Source: an uncultured delta proteobacterium
GTDB lineage: Bacteria; Desulfobacterota; WTBG01; CAIYCZ01; CAIRTM01
NCBI GenBank assembly: GCA_963804955.1
Contig: CAWDSQ010000013.1
Span: forward strand, 64,001-128,000
Length of the DNA: 64,000 nt
Direction of reading: 5' to 3'
Shown: positions 9,708 to 19,605 of the stretch, piece by piece
Numbering within the stretch: the first letter of the stretch is position 1
Layout of the letters: every line of letters starts with the position of its first letter
Program-made: the position numbers and the translations under genes
Notes under the pieces: model-generated
What the model was told of the DNA's origin: nothing
The model's input: only the letters and a program-made list of their open reading frames with translations
Database searches by the model: none

Positions 9708-10787
9708 ATGAGTCGAACAATGCAGTATATAGCTTTTTATTCCGTCTTTTTTACCGTGCTGTGGGGCATGCATCTGTATGTCGGGCTGCGCCTGGGCAGG
9801 CTGTACGGATGCCAGAACACCTGGGCTCTCATCGGCGCCTTCACGCTTGCCGCACTGAGCTTTCCCGTATTCAGCCTTCTTGAAAAATTCAACCCGACGC
9901 CGTTTTCCATGCTCCTCTACGGCGCAGCATCAGTCTGGCTGGGCGTGGTGTTTCTGCTGTTGAGCATTCTGCTTGCCTACGAAGTGCTTCGCTTTTTCAT
10001 ACCCCTGCAGCCCAAAACGGCAGCTTACGCGATTACCGGCATCGCAGTTGCGCTTTCCGTGTACGGCATTGTAAACGCGCTTTTTCTTACGGTTAAAACC
10101 ATCGACATTCCCATGCCGGGGCTTGAAAAACCCCTCAAAATCGTTCAGCTGTCGGACATTCATGTCGGCACTATCCACAATTCCGGTTTTCTCACCCGCA
10201 TCGTTGACAAAACAAATGCTCTTGCCCCCGACCTTGTGCTCATTACCGGCGATCTGTTCGACGGCATCGGCCCCGTTAACAGTCATACCGTGCAGCCTCT
10301 GGCAAAAATTAAAGCAAAAACATATTTTGTTATCGGCAATCATGAGCGGTATGACGATATGGAAAAAATACAGTCCATCCTTCCTGACGCCGGAGTTGAA
10401 ATACTGCGAAACCGCATAGTTGATTTCCGTGGCGTGCAGATCGTGGGGGTCGATGCTGCCAGGCGGGACGGGGAAAAAGGCAACCCGGTTGTCGGCACGC
10501 TGCCGATAGACCGTACCAGGCCCTCCATACTCATGTTCCACGTGCCTGTGGGCATAGAAGACGCTGTCAAAGCCGGCATTAATCTCCAGCTCTCGGGCCA
10601 CACGCATAACGGGCAGCTGTTTCCGTTTACGCTGTTTGCAAAGATGCTCTATGGTCACCTAAAAGGGCTCTACATCATTAACGGCATGCGCCTGTATGTT
10701 TCACCGGGCACGGGCACCTGGGGCCCGCCCATGCGCATCGGGTCGAGCAATGAAATAACCCTCATTAACCTCGTGCCGGAGCGATAG
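9708..10787 (+). CDS. Membrane-anchored metallophosphoesterase (YkuE/YaeI-like)
   Basis: Four N-terminal TM helices; SDIH, TGDLFD, GNHE, SGHTHNGQ, GTGTWGPPMRIGS. Confidence 0.93.
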   Translation: MSRTMQYIAFYSVFFTVLWGMHLYVGLRLGRLYGCQNTWALIGAFTLAALSFPVFSLLEKFNPTPFSMLLYGAASVWLGVVFLLLSILLAYEVLRFFIPLQPKTAAYAITGIAVALSVYGIVNALFLTVKTIDIPMPGLEKPLKIVQLSDIHVGTIHNSGFLTRIVDKTNALAPDLVLITGDLFDGIGPVNSHTVQPLAKIKAKTYFVIGNHERYDDMEKIQSILPDAGVEILRNRIVDFRGVQIVGVDAARRDGEKGNPVVGTLPIDRTRPSILMFHVPVGIEDAVKAGINLQLSGHTHNGQLFPFTLFAKMLYGHLKGLYIINGMRLYVSPGTGTWGPPMRIGSSNEITLINLVPER

Positions 10788-10799
10788 GGGCCTGCTCAC

Positions 10800-10836
10800 A
10801 AAAAAAAGGGCGCCCGCCGCTACGGATGCCCTTTTG
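10800..10836. terminator. Bidirectional intrinsic terminator between convergent genes
   Basis: AAAAGGGCGCCCG..CGGATGCCCTTTT stem flanked by A and T runs. Confidence 0.65.
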
Positions 10837-10850
10837 CCGCGCAGCTTTTT

Positions 10851-12735
10851 TTACTGCTTCGGCTTATGCCGTATCAACTCTCTGTAGTGTTCAAATTTGA
10901 ATTTCGGATCATCATCGGGCCCATGGCAGGTGCGGCATATCTGCTCGACCACACAGTTGTCGCATGAGCCGCCCAGGCTGACGATATAGTCCTGCCCCTT
11001 CTTCTGGGGCTCTTTCACATGCCGCTCGCCGGGCCCGTGGCATGCCTCGCACTGAACACCCTGCTCTGCCCGGGGCCGGATAGCCTCCGGGGCTGCCCGA
11101 CCCCGTGGTAAAACGATATTTTTTATCAGCAGGCGCCGATGCAGCAGCTGGTAAATTTGCCGCAGCTGCATGGGCTGTTTTTGACCATTGGGCATATTCC
11201 TGCTCATGGCACTTTTTGCATGATTCCGCCCCCGTATACGATGCCGGATTTCCAAAAAGATCTTTTTTGCGCTTATGCTCGCTCAACAGTTTCACTCGCT
11301 GCTCCCGGCTCATGGAAGCAATATCGGGTGCAGCGCTGTGCAGCACTTTCGGAAAGCGGCGGACAAAGTTGAAGTTGAGCGATTCCTTTTCCGTATGGCA
11401 TGACAGGCACAGGGCTTCCCATTCTTCTGCGCTTTTCTTCTGCGGCTTTGTGCCGGTAAAAGCCGAGCAGGCTTCATAGCCCGGGCCATGGCATGATTCG
11501 CACTGCACGCCTTCTAATGCCCGTGCATCCTTTTTGTCGTTTATGGCATAGCCGCCGGGCTTTCCCCAGCCCGTAACATGACAGCTCACGCAAGCCGGAT
11601 CATCCTCCTTGCCTTTACGCTGCAGCGATTTAAAAGCATAGGGGTGTCCGGTGAGGCTCCACTGTATATGCTCCTCCTCATGGCAAACCGCGCACCGGTC
11701 CTGGCCCGAATAGCCTTTGGTATTTAGAAGTGGCTTATTCGGAAGGCCACACAGCTTGCGCAGCTCCATAAGATACAAATCCATCATCCGGCCTGAAAAA
11801 CCTGTATGTTTGGCAACAATACGGCCCGAACGGTCTAGTATAAACCCCATCGGCACAACGCCGACAAAAGACGGAAACAGAGAGGAAATACTATTGCCCG
11901 TGTCCAGAACAACAGGAAAAGCATAGCGCTGCTCTTTGATGAACATGTTGGTCTGCTCCTGATTGAGACGGCTTACGGCAACAACAAAAAACTTGTCCTT
12001 AAATTCATCGCCAACCAGCAGGCTGTTAAGAAAGGTGAGCTCGTCACGGCAATGGCTGCATGTGGGAGAAAAGAAAACAATGACGACGGGCATCAAGGTA
12101 TAAAAATCTTTTATACTGATCAGCGTGCCGTCGACTTTCGGGAGATTAAATAAAGGAGCCATCGGCCTGTCGCCAAGAACCGGTTCGTCTGAAGGGATAA
12201 AGCCGGTCTTGATACTGCGGTTGACGAAGACATGCAGAGCCTGCGGGAAATTGCTCTGCGGCGGAATATTTGCAGCAGCCAGGCTGCCCATGAGCCCCCC
12301 CTGCTTGTTAAATATATACAGTGAAAGATCCCCCGCGAGATTCAGGTTCTTGGCTGCCGCTTTCTGATTTTCAAGAAGCAGGGGAAAAGTTGCATTCTGC
12401 AGCTGATTGAATTTCAGAACCTCATCAGTGCGGTTGTCATTGATATTGAGGCCAAGAACCTCAAAATTATATTCTCCTCTGATGCGATACATGTCCTGCA
12501 TAAACTTCACAGCCTCGCCTGCGCGGGGATTATCGATGGAATAGGCAAGAACCAGAACTGTTTTGCCCTTGAAGCGCTCTGCATCAAAGGGCGCGGACAC
12601 AGGCGGCCGGGGACTTAAGGACTTGACGGGTGCAGGTGGATTGACGGGAGCAGTGGCATAGGGCTGGGAAAAAGCGCTCTGCACGGATGGAAACAATAAC
12701 CATAAAAAAACAGCCGCGATAATTTTTTTTCTCAT
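10851..12735 (-). CDS. Secreted fusion of two thioredoxin-fold (TlpA/AhpC-TSA-like) domains and a multiheme cytochrome c (c554-like), indel near 11067
   Basis: Signal peptide; redoxin domains (second has CSHC); seven CxxCH motifs (CAVCH, CVSCH, CESCH, CLSCH, CKKCH, CEACH, CRTCH) after joining ORFs 10912-12735 and 10851-11255. Confidence 0.85.
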
Positions 12736-12768
12736 GAGTACAAATCCTTAACGATTTAATTTCAAAAC

Positions 12769-12797
12769 ACTATAAATTCAAGCGTTTTTTTTGTCAA
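12769..12797 (-). promoter_or_regulatory. Sigma70-type promoter for the redoxin-cytochrome gene
   Basis: Minus strand TTGACA-N17-TATAGT. Confidence 0.65.
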
Positions 12798-12835
12798 GCA
12801 GACCAGCGGTAGTCATGCTGCTGTGTACTGAAGCC

Positions 12836-12864
12836 TTGACGGCCAGTATTTCACAAAGTATAGT
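12836..12864 (+). promoter_or_regulatory. Divergent sigma70-type promoter
   Basis: TTGACG-N17-TATAGT upstream of 12955. Confidence 0.6.
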
Positions 12865-12954
12865 GTCTCCTATACCATAAACCCGCAAACGTAGCTATTT
12901 CCCAAAAGAATAAAAATTTTTTAAAACTGAACATGCTTTCTGAAAGGACCTGTT

Positions 12955-13404
12955 ATGACGGCCATGCCCCCCTGCTGCTGCGCTCCCCCGGTAAAAACCT
13001 ACAGCACCTTTGAAGAGTTTCGGGAACTCGCCGTGCGGAGCCTTGATACCACGGAAAAATGCATTTACTACTGCGGCGCTGTTGAGAACCTTGCCGCTGT
13101 GTTTGATGAAGAGTTCGACAGGGGCTTTTACATACCGACACGGGCCAAGCGCGGCATCGCCCTGCAGATGCTCATACCGGACCGGCCCGAATTATATGAC
13201 TACAAAAACCGCGATGCCGGAGAAAACCGCGAGACGAGATTTCTGAGGCCCGACATGCCCATGGACACATCGTTCATGATCTATGACGACACGGTCATCT
13301 TCTTTTCCGATGCCGGTACTCGACGCGCCTTTGAAGTCACCTCGCCCTATGTTGCAAAAACCATGAAAGCTCTTTTCAACGATATCTGGCGCACCACACC
13401 CTAA
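12955..13404 (+). CDS. Hypothetical protein resembling the C-terminal domain of TrmB-type regulators, without an HTH
   Basis: FYIPTRAKRGI..RETRFL..FMIYDDTVIFFS..SPYVAKTMKALFNDIW pattern; GAAAGGA RBS. Confidence 0.55.
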   Translation: MTAMPPCCCAPPVKTYSTFEEFRELAVRSLDTTEKCIYYCGAVENLAAVFDEEFDRGFYIPTRAKRGIALQMLIPDRPELYDYKNRDAGENRETRFLRPDMPMDTSFMIYDDTVIFFSDAGTRRAFEVTSPYVAKTMKALFNDIWRTTP

Positions 13405-13424
13405 CCTCACTAAAGGATTACCGC

Positions 13425-13601
13425 ATGAAAATAATCGTCGATCCGACAAAATGCAAGGGCTCGCTTGAGTGCATCAAAACCTGCCCGCAGAAAGCAATAC
13501 AGCTGGTGAACGGCAAGGCTGTCATAGACCATTCAAAATGCGACGGTGATGGAATCTGCATACCGGCCTGCCCCAATGGCGCTATTCAGCCGGAAAAATA
13601 A
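13425..13601 (+). CDS. 58-aa dicluster-type ferredoxin (absent from the ORF track)
   Basis: Hand translation MKIIVDPTKCKGSLECIKTCPQKAIQLVNGKAVIDHSKCDGDGICIPACPNGAIQPEK*; AAAGGA RBS. Confidence 0.9.
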   Translation: MKIIVDPTKCKGSLECIKTCPQKAIQLVNGKAVIDHSKCDGDGICIPACPNGAIQPEK

Positions 13602-13793
13602 GCCCTCTGCGGAAAAGCCCAGCCGGCAAAATCCTCCCAGGAGACAACACGGCGGCTTGTTGCAGCAGCGGCTTTCATTTTCTGCGGAGGACGGCCTCAG
13701 CGTGGCAAGCCAGAGGCGCTTACCTCCACCAAATTATTAGAATTTTATTTTAACTATATGAAATAGCTTTATTTTTTTTTAAGCAAAAAATTA

Positions 13794-13919
13794 CGCTGCA
13801 AGCAGCGGGGCAGTGAAGGCATTTCATCATGCCGAACTTTATCCGGCATGCGGTCTTGCTTTTTTCTGGATTCCGGCCTTCGACGACATGACTGGATGCG
13901 CTGCACGCTGCGGGGGACG
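13794..13919. repeat. Degenerate composite palindromic repeat
   Basis: TCATGCCGAACTTTATCCGGCAT...CTGGATTCCGGCCTTCGACGACATGAC flanked by two CGCTGCA(A/C)GC(A/T)GCGGGG motifs similar to 8097-8113. Confidence 0.5.
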
Positions 13920-13927
13920 TAACATAT

Positions 13928-13969
13928 AAAAAAAAGAGCCTGCCGATCAGAACCCGGCAGGCTCTTTTT
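13928..13969 (-). terminator. Intrinsic terminator after the TRL-like gene
   Basis: AAAAAGAGCCTGCCG-loop-CGGCAGGCTCTTTTT. Confidence 0.8.
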
Positions 13970-13985
13970 GTACATACGTAAAAAA

Positions 13986-14294
13986 TCAATCGCCATAGAC
14001 GGTGGTGGTGTATTTACCGATAACGCCAAGAATGCTTTCAGTATGATAGTCGACGTACTTGATCGTTTTGATATTACCGTTCTTCACTGCGGTCTGAATG
14101 CTGGCATCGCCGGTTGCAACCATGCCAAGTATCGATGAAGCTTCAGCCTTTCCTACCTTTGAATACCCCACAGGCCCGCCACCTGCGGAAATACCGGCGG
14201 AGACATTAGTGTAAATGACCCCCATCGGCTGATATGATGCGCAGCCCCCAAAAACAAACCCTGTTAAAATAACAATTGCCATCAACTTTTTCAT
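13986..14294 (-). CDS. TRL-like family lipoprotein
   Basis: Lipobox FGGC; SKVGKAEASSILGMVATGDASIQTA..GNI..VDY..ILG..TTVYGD; GGGAGG RBS. Confidence 0.85.
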   Translation of the reverse strand: MKKLMAIVILTGFVFGGCASYQPMGVIYTNVSAGISAGGGPVGYSKVGKAEASSILGMVATGDASIQTAVKNGNIKTIKYVDYHTESILGVIGKYTTTVYGD

Positions 14295-14456
14295 ATGTAC
14301 CTCCCTCATTAAAATAATGGATTCTATAATCGATAAACCCTATGTTTCGTTTTCATAGTTTATTATTTCTGAAAATTCAACTTTATTTCATTTACTGAGG
14401 ACAAATACTCACCTCAATAAATACTAAAGTTCTTCTGTTAAAATTGTTACACGCAA

Positions 14457-14716
14457 GTCAACAAACATCCGCATAGCGGGTGGCTTGATTGCGCCCTGAA
14501 AGGGCGGAAGCAAAAAACACGGCGTGTTTGAGTTGCCTTCTTGAGGGAACCCTCGCCATAGAGGCTGTGTCATAATTCATGAAACTGTTGTTAGACTCTG
14601 TTTTTCGGAGAGGTCGGACCCCTCAAAATCAAAAATAATTGATTGTAGGGCAAATAACAAAGGCCTCGTTTTTTCGACAATCAATTTATGACACAGCCTC
14701 ATAGGCGATGGTTTTC
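14457..14716. mobile_element. Non-autonomous IS200/IS605-like mini-element (copy 1), interrupted by a MITE
   Basis: Hairpins CATCCGC-ATA-GCGGGTG, CGCCCT-GAA-AGGGCG and, after removing 14561-14703, ACCCTCGCC-ATA-GGCGATGGT; colinear with 59822-59936. Confidence 0.7.
14561..14700. mobile_element. 140-bp MITE with 15-bp perfect terminal inverted repeats and ATA target duplication
   Basis: GAGGCTGTGTCATAA (14561-14575) / TTATGACACAGCCTC (14686-14700), with ATA on both flanks. Confidence 0.85.
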
Positions 14717-14825
14717 GAAAGACAATAAAGCTTGCGTATCGGCTCTGCCAGTGGTTGGTCACATGTCTTTCGCCTGTATACATAAAAAATGTTTGCTGCC
14801 AATACAGGGATATATGATCTCGATA

Positions 14826-14854
14826 TTGACAAAGAGCCCTTTAAGAGTTAAACA
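14826..14854 (+). promoter_or_regulatory. Candidate sigma70 promoter of the FeS/AOR operon
   Basis: TTGACA-N17-TAAACA upstream of the AAGGAG RBS and ATG 14896. Confidence 0.4.
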
Positions 14855-14895
14855 ATTAGAAATTAAACTATTTACAAGTTAAAGAAAGGAGCGCC

Positions 14896-15579
14896 ATGAC
14901 GTGGGACACAGATGAAATTAAAAACCCGCTACTAGCTGTTTCGCGACGGGACTTTATCAAGTTTTCGGGAATGGCAATCGTGGGCGTATATGTGGCTGGC
15001 TGCACCCCCGGGTTGGGCTTGAAAAAAGCCTCATGGGGGTTCATCCTTGTCGATATGAATAAATGCCAGGGCTGCCAGTCCTGCATGCTTGCCTGCTCGC
15101 TTGTTCACGAGGGCGCCTTGAGCCTTTCCTCCTCGCGCATACAGGTGCTGAGCGACCCCTATGGCAAGGTTCCCGATGACATAACAATCTCGCAATGCCG
15201 CCAGTGCACGAAACCGGCCTGCCTTAAAGCCTGCCCCACGGGTGCCCTTGCCCGTGATCACAAGCACGGCAATGTTGCCACCATTGACCCTGCAAAATGC
15301 ATCGGCTGCCAAAAATGCATCAATGCCTGCTCCTGGGCGCCGGCACGTGCTGTCTGGAACAATGAAACAGGGAAATCGCAAAAATGCGACCTGTGCGCTA
15401 GTGCGTCACACTGGGATGAAACAGGCGGACCAAAGGGCAAAAAGGCCTGCGTAGAAATATGCCCGATGGGAGCAATCGCCTTTTCACATATCATACCCGC
15501 GCAGGATGATCCGGACAGCTACAATGTCGATCTGGACAACGCTACCGTCCAGGCACCTGATGCTGCCCGCGCAGTGTGA
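14896..15579 (+). CDS. Four-cluster 4Fe-4S electron-transfer subunit (DmsB/CooF-like) with Tat signal and lipobox
   Basis: SRRDFIK then VAGC; CQGCQSCMLAC, CRQC..PACLKACP, CIGCQKCINAC, KCDLC..ACVEICP. Confidence 0.9.
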   Translation: MTWDTDEIKNPLLAVSRRDFIKFSGMAIVGVYVAGCTPGLGLKKASWGFILVDMNKCQGCQSCMLACSLVHEGALSLSSSRIQVLSDPYGKVPDDITISQCRQCTKPACLKACPTGALARDHKHGNVATIDPAKCIGCQKCINACSWAPARAVWNNETGKSQKCDLCASASHWDETGGPKGKKACVEICPMGAIAFSHIIPAQDDPDSYNVDLDNATVQAPDAARAV

Positions 15580-15659
15580 TCCAAAAGGCCAACATGAGCG
15601 AGCGTCAGTAGCGCAAGCTTAGCTATACCCTAATGCAACTCACAGTGGAGGACTTCGAT

Positions 15660-17747
15660 ATGAACGGCTATGCAGGAAAGCTGCTCAGAATTAATTTAAC
15701 AACCAACGCCATTACTGAAATAGCCACAAGCGATTATATGCAGTGGGGCGGCGGTCATGGAATTGGCTCAGCCATTTTTTTCGATCTTGTCCCCGATAAA
15801 ACAATCAGCTGGCATGACCCGGCAAATGTCGTCACCATTATGACATCGCCCCTGTCTGGCACCCTGACACCGGGCTGTTCGTCACGATCCGAAGTGCAGG
15901 GCATCGGCTCGCAGGCTTACCCCTACAGTTGGTTTACCAGAAGCGGCTTTGGCGGCCGGTTTTCATCCATGCTGAAATTTGCAGGCTGGGACGGTGTGAT
16001 TATTGAAGGCGCCGCAGCCAGCCCCGTGTGGATCGATATCAGAAACGATTCTGTCGTTATCCGAAGTTGCTCAGACCTGACCCTCTGGGGCAGGGACACC
16101 TGGGATTGCCAGGCAACCATTTGGAACTATGTGCGCGGAACAGACAATACCAGTGCCTGGAGCAGCCCGCAGTCAGGCTCCGGCGGCCGCACTACGCAGC
16201 GCCCGGCTGTGCTTGCCATAGGGCCTGCCGGCGAAAATCTCAGCTGTTCGGCCGCTCTCATCCACGATGCAGCCTGTGCCTCGGGACAGGGCGGCTTTGG
16301 CGCTGTCTGGGGCTCAAAAAAACTGAAGGCCATTAGCGTTATCGGCACGGGAAGCATCCCTGTTTACGACCCCAAGGCGCTTATAAAAACACGCATCGAT
16401 CATGTGCGCAAGTATGCCAATCATGCCGACAACCCCATTCCCATCTCCATTCCGAACAATTTTCAAAGCCCGCCGGGCGCCGGGGTGGTATGGGAGATGA
16501 TACCTGGATTCAACCATACTTCAGGCAAGCGGCCTTCGGCTTGCATCGGCTGTCACACTGCCTGCAAGTTGCGCTATGCGGACGGGCTTGGAAATGATGC
16601 TGTCTGTTCGGATTCCGCATTTTATCTGTCTGGGAGCACAAAGCCCTGATATCGCCTATCGCGCCACTGACCTTTTGAATAAATTAGGAATCAATTCCCT
16701 GGAGGCATTCTATTGTATGAATTATATCAGGGCACTGCTCGATCAGGGTATTATCGGCCCCGGAACTGCTATCGACTGCCCAATCACCTTTAATAATTTC
16801 GGCACCTATGAGTTTATCGAGCAATTTTTGAAAATGCTGGCCTATGGCGACGACGGGCTTGGAAACACTTCACAGTTCGGTCAGGACATCGCTCAGGGCG
16901 CCCTGCGGGCCGCTGCAAAATGGGGCAGGCTCGATGAGGACCTCGCTTCAGGTCTGCTAAACTACCCCTACTGGGGATACCCGTATCATTATGACCCACG
17001 CGCGCAGCTTGAGTGGGGATACGGCTCAATTCTCGGTGACCGGGACATAAATGAACATTGCATTTACCGGCTGAAATACCTGGGCGCCGGGGCTTTTTAC
17101 GGCAAGGATTCAGCTCCCATTACTGCGCAGCAAGTTGTGAACATTCTACTCGCCAAGATGGCTCCATTTGACGACGACGAGCTTATACTTGATTTCAGCC
17201 AGGAGAATATGTATTCCGGGCACATGGCAAAATTTGTTTCGTGGCACCGTTATTATACGCGATTCTGGAAGCAGTCGATGCTCTTCTGTGATTCGCGCTG
17301 GCCGGATTTCGTGAACTCGTATGCAGATGATTTTGTCGGCTCCACGGGGCAGGCAGAACCAGCGTATCTCAAGGCCGTGACCGGCAATGAATTTTCATTT
17401 GCCGACGGCATCGAACTGGGCAAAAAAATCTGGAATCTTGATCATGCCATCTGGACCCTGCAGGGGCGCCATCGCGACATGGTGAACTTTTCCGACTATT
17501 ATTATACGGACACCTTTAATGAGCACGAGTAAGGACTATCTTGGTAAAGTCGGTGGCGACATGGACCTTCATAAGCGCTGAAGGAAGAACGGTTGACCGG
17601 GTAAAATTCGAAGAGTTTAAAACGGCATTTTATGCGCTGCAGGGCTGGGATACGGCTTCGGGCTATCCGACCAGAGCAGCACTGGAATCACTCGGCATGA
17701 AAAGTGTTGCCGATGAACTTGAGGCAAAAGGAAAGCTCGGCGCGTAA
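15660..17747 (+). CDS. Aldehyde:ferredoxin oxidoreductase family tungstoenzyme (apparent indels near 16633 and 17530)
   Basis: GYAGKLLRINL, LKFAGWDGVIIEG, IGPAGEN, GGFGAVWGSKKLKAI, ACIGCHTAC, FYALQGWDTASGYPTRAALESLG across ORFs 15633-16649, 16576-17532 and 17541-17747. Confidence 0.9.
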
Positions 17748-17768
17748 AAGCCATGCACTGGCAGTGTA

Positions 17769-18779
17769 TCAGGCCCCTGCCCTGCCGCGGGCCATCGCAA
17801 CTGCCATTTTAATGGCGCTGACTAAGCTTGCCGGATTTGCAATACCTTTGCCGGCAATGTCATAGGCCGTGCCGTGGTCAACCGAGGTGCGGATGATGGG
17901 AAGGCCGAGGGTGACGTTCACCCCCGTATCAAAATGCAGGAGCTTCAGCGGAATCAGCCCCTGGTCATGATACATGCAGACAACAGCATCATAGCGGCCC
18001 CGGGCAGCATAATAAAAAAGGGTGTCTGCCGGCATTGGACCGACGGCATCGATCCCGAGCCGACAGGCTTCAGCCACCGCAGGAGCTATCACATTTTTCT
18101 CCTCCTCACCGAACAGCCCGCCCTCCCCTGCATGAGGATTAATCCCCGCAACAGCAAGACGCGGATTTTTGCCTCCAAGCATTTTCTTCAGACTCTCGTG
18201 TGTTATCGTAATTGTCTTGAGGATTTTTTCAGTGGTGAGTAACTTTGGAACATCAGCATAGGCGCAGTGTATGGTCGCCAGCACCACACGCAGGGTGTCG
18301 CCGGCAAGCATCATAACTACATCTTTTGTACCGGTCAGTTCAGCAAGCATCTCGGTATGGCCGGGATAGTTGTAGCCGGCATCCTGCAGTACCATTTTAT
18401 TTATAGGCGCAGTGACAATAGCATCAATCTTTGCGGCCTTTGCCATGGCAACCGCCTCGATGATGCACTCGGCCATTGCCTTGCCGCCCGCAGGGACAGG
18501 TTTTCCGTACAGTATTTCAGAAGCATTGAGGCGTGAAACTTCAATCAGCGCTGGAGAACCGGGTGAGAAAGAGGCTTTTTCAGGAGAGACGGCAGTTTCA
18601 AAAGCACAGGGCAGTCCAAGCCGGGCTGCTTCCCGTTCAAGGATGTTTTTATCGCCGAAGATTACAGGACGGCAAACGGAAGTGACGTCCGATTCCAGCA
18701 GGGCTTTTATGATAATCTCAGGCCCGATACCGGAAGGGTCGCCCATGGTAATGCCGATAACAGGCAGTTTATCAGACAT
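17769..18779 (-). CDS. pdxA: 4-hydroxythreonine-4-phosphate dehydrogenase
   Basis: ITMGDPSGIGPE, TAPINK, GHTE, NPHAGE, MYHDQG, RTSVDHGTA. Confidence 0.95.
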   Translation of the reverse strand: MSDKLPVIGITMGDPSGIGPEIIIKALLESDVTSVCRPVIFGDKNILEREAARLGLPCAFETAVSPEKASFSPGSPALIEVSRLNASEILYGKPVPAGGKAMAECIIEAVAMAKAAKIDAIVTAPINKMVLQDAGYNYPGHTEMLAELTGTKDVVMMLAGDTLRVVLATIHCAYADVPKLLTTEKILKTITITHESLKKMLGGKNPRLAVAGINPHAGEGGLFGEEEKNVIAPAVAEACRLGIDAVGPMPADTLFYYAARGRYDAVVCMYHDQGLIPLKLLHFDTGVNVTLGLPIIRTSVDHGTAYDIAGKGIANPASLVSAIKMAVAMARGRAGA

Positions 18780-18822
18780 AATGCCACCACAAAAGAAGCC
18801 GGGGCGACGCCCCGACTTCGGC

Positions 18823-19173
18823 CTATTCAGCTTTTGCTTTCCTGCTCTTTTTTTCAGCAATGCCGGAAACGCCCCAGCGGCGTTGCAACTCGGCATAGAC
18901 TTCATCAGGCTCTATTTCCCACTGACCCAGCAGCACCATAGTATGAAAAATAAGGTCAGCGGTTTCGTGGACAATGTGCTCGCGCCCGCCAAGCTCGGAT
19001 GCCTCGATCAGCTCGCCGGCTTCCTCGGCTATCTTGGCATGCATCTTCTCTGTACCTTTGGCAAAAAGCGAGGCCACATAGGAATCGGGCCGGGGATGTG
19101 CCTTTCGCTCCAGTATGACCGAGTACAGCCGGTCCAGAACTGCGGCATCACTTTTTATAGACTGCTTCTTCAT
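18823..19173 (-). CDS. hisE: Phosphoribosyl-ATP pyrophosphatase
   Basis: [30 protein letters not shown]. Confidence 0.93.
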   Translation of the reverse strand: MKKQSIKSDAAVLDRLYSVILERKAHPRPDSYVASLFAKGTEKMHAKIAEEAGELIEASELGGREHIVHETADLIFHTMVLLGQWEIEPDEVYAELQRRWGVSGIAEKKSRKAKAE

Positions 19174-19534
19174 CAAAAAGCTTCTCCCCGATCTCGTCAA
19201 ATGAGGCGCCGTTCCACTTGCGGTAGAAACATGAGCGGTACCCGGTGTGGCATGCCGCTACAATTTGCTCGACCTTCATGAGAATGCAGTCGGCGTCGCA
19301 GTCGACAAAAACTTCCTTGACCTGCTGCGTATGGCCTGAAGATTCGCCTTTCATCCAGTATTTTTGACGCGAGCGGCTCCAAAAATGTGTTTTCCCGGTT
19401 TCAAGGGTGGATTTAAGGGACTCCCGATTCATGTAGGCAACCATCAGCAGTTCGCCGTTCTGATAATCCTGAACCACCACGGGCACCAGCCCGTTTGCAT
19501 CGTACTTTACCGCATCCAAAATTTCCATAGCCAT
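19148..19534 (-). CDS. hisI: Phosphoribosyl-AMP cyclohydrolase
   Basis: [34 protein letters not shown]. Confidence 0.95.
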   Translation of the reverse strand: MAMEILDAVKYDANGLVPVVVQDYQNGELLMVAYMNRESLKSTLETGKTHFWSRSRQKYWMKGESSGHTQQVKEVFVDCDADCILMKVEQIVAACHTGYRSCFYRKWNGASFDEIGEKLFDEEAVYKK

Positions 19535-19605
19535 TGTCTCCAAAAAAATATTTAATGTGTCCGCTGTGGCGGAATAATTTTACAGTAGCAGTCAGCGTAA
19601 TAAGG

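Noticed and set aside
14457..14520. IscB/TnpB omega-RNA (HEARO-like) system suggested by GTCAAC..CCGC..GGCTTG
   Set aside because: No IscB, TnpB or TnpA ORF is adjacent and the element is too short; kept only as a non-autonomous IS200/IS605-like element.
16647..16649. TGA in the AOR gene as selenocysteine
   Set aside because: The coding sequence continues in a different frame; removing one G at about 16633 restores it.
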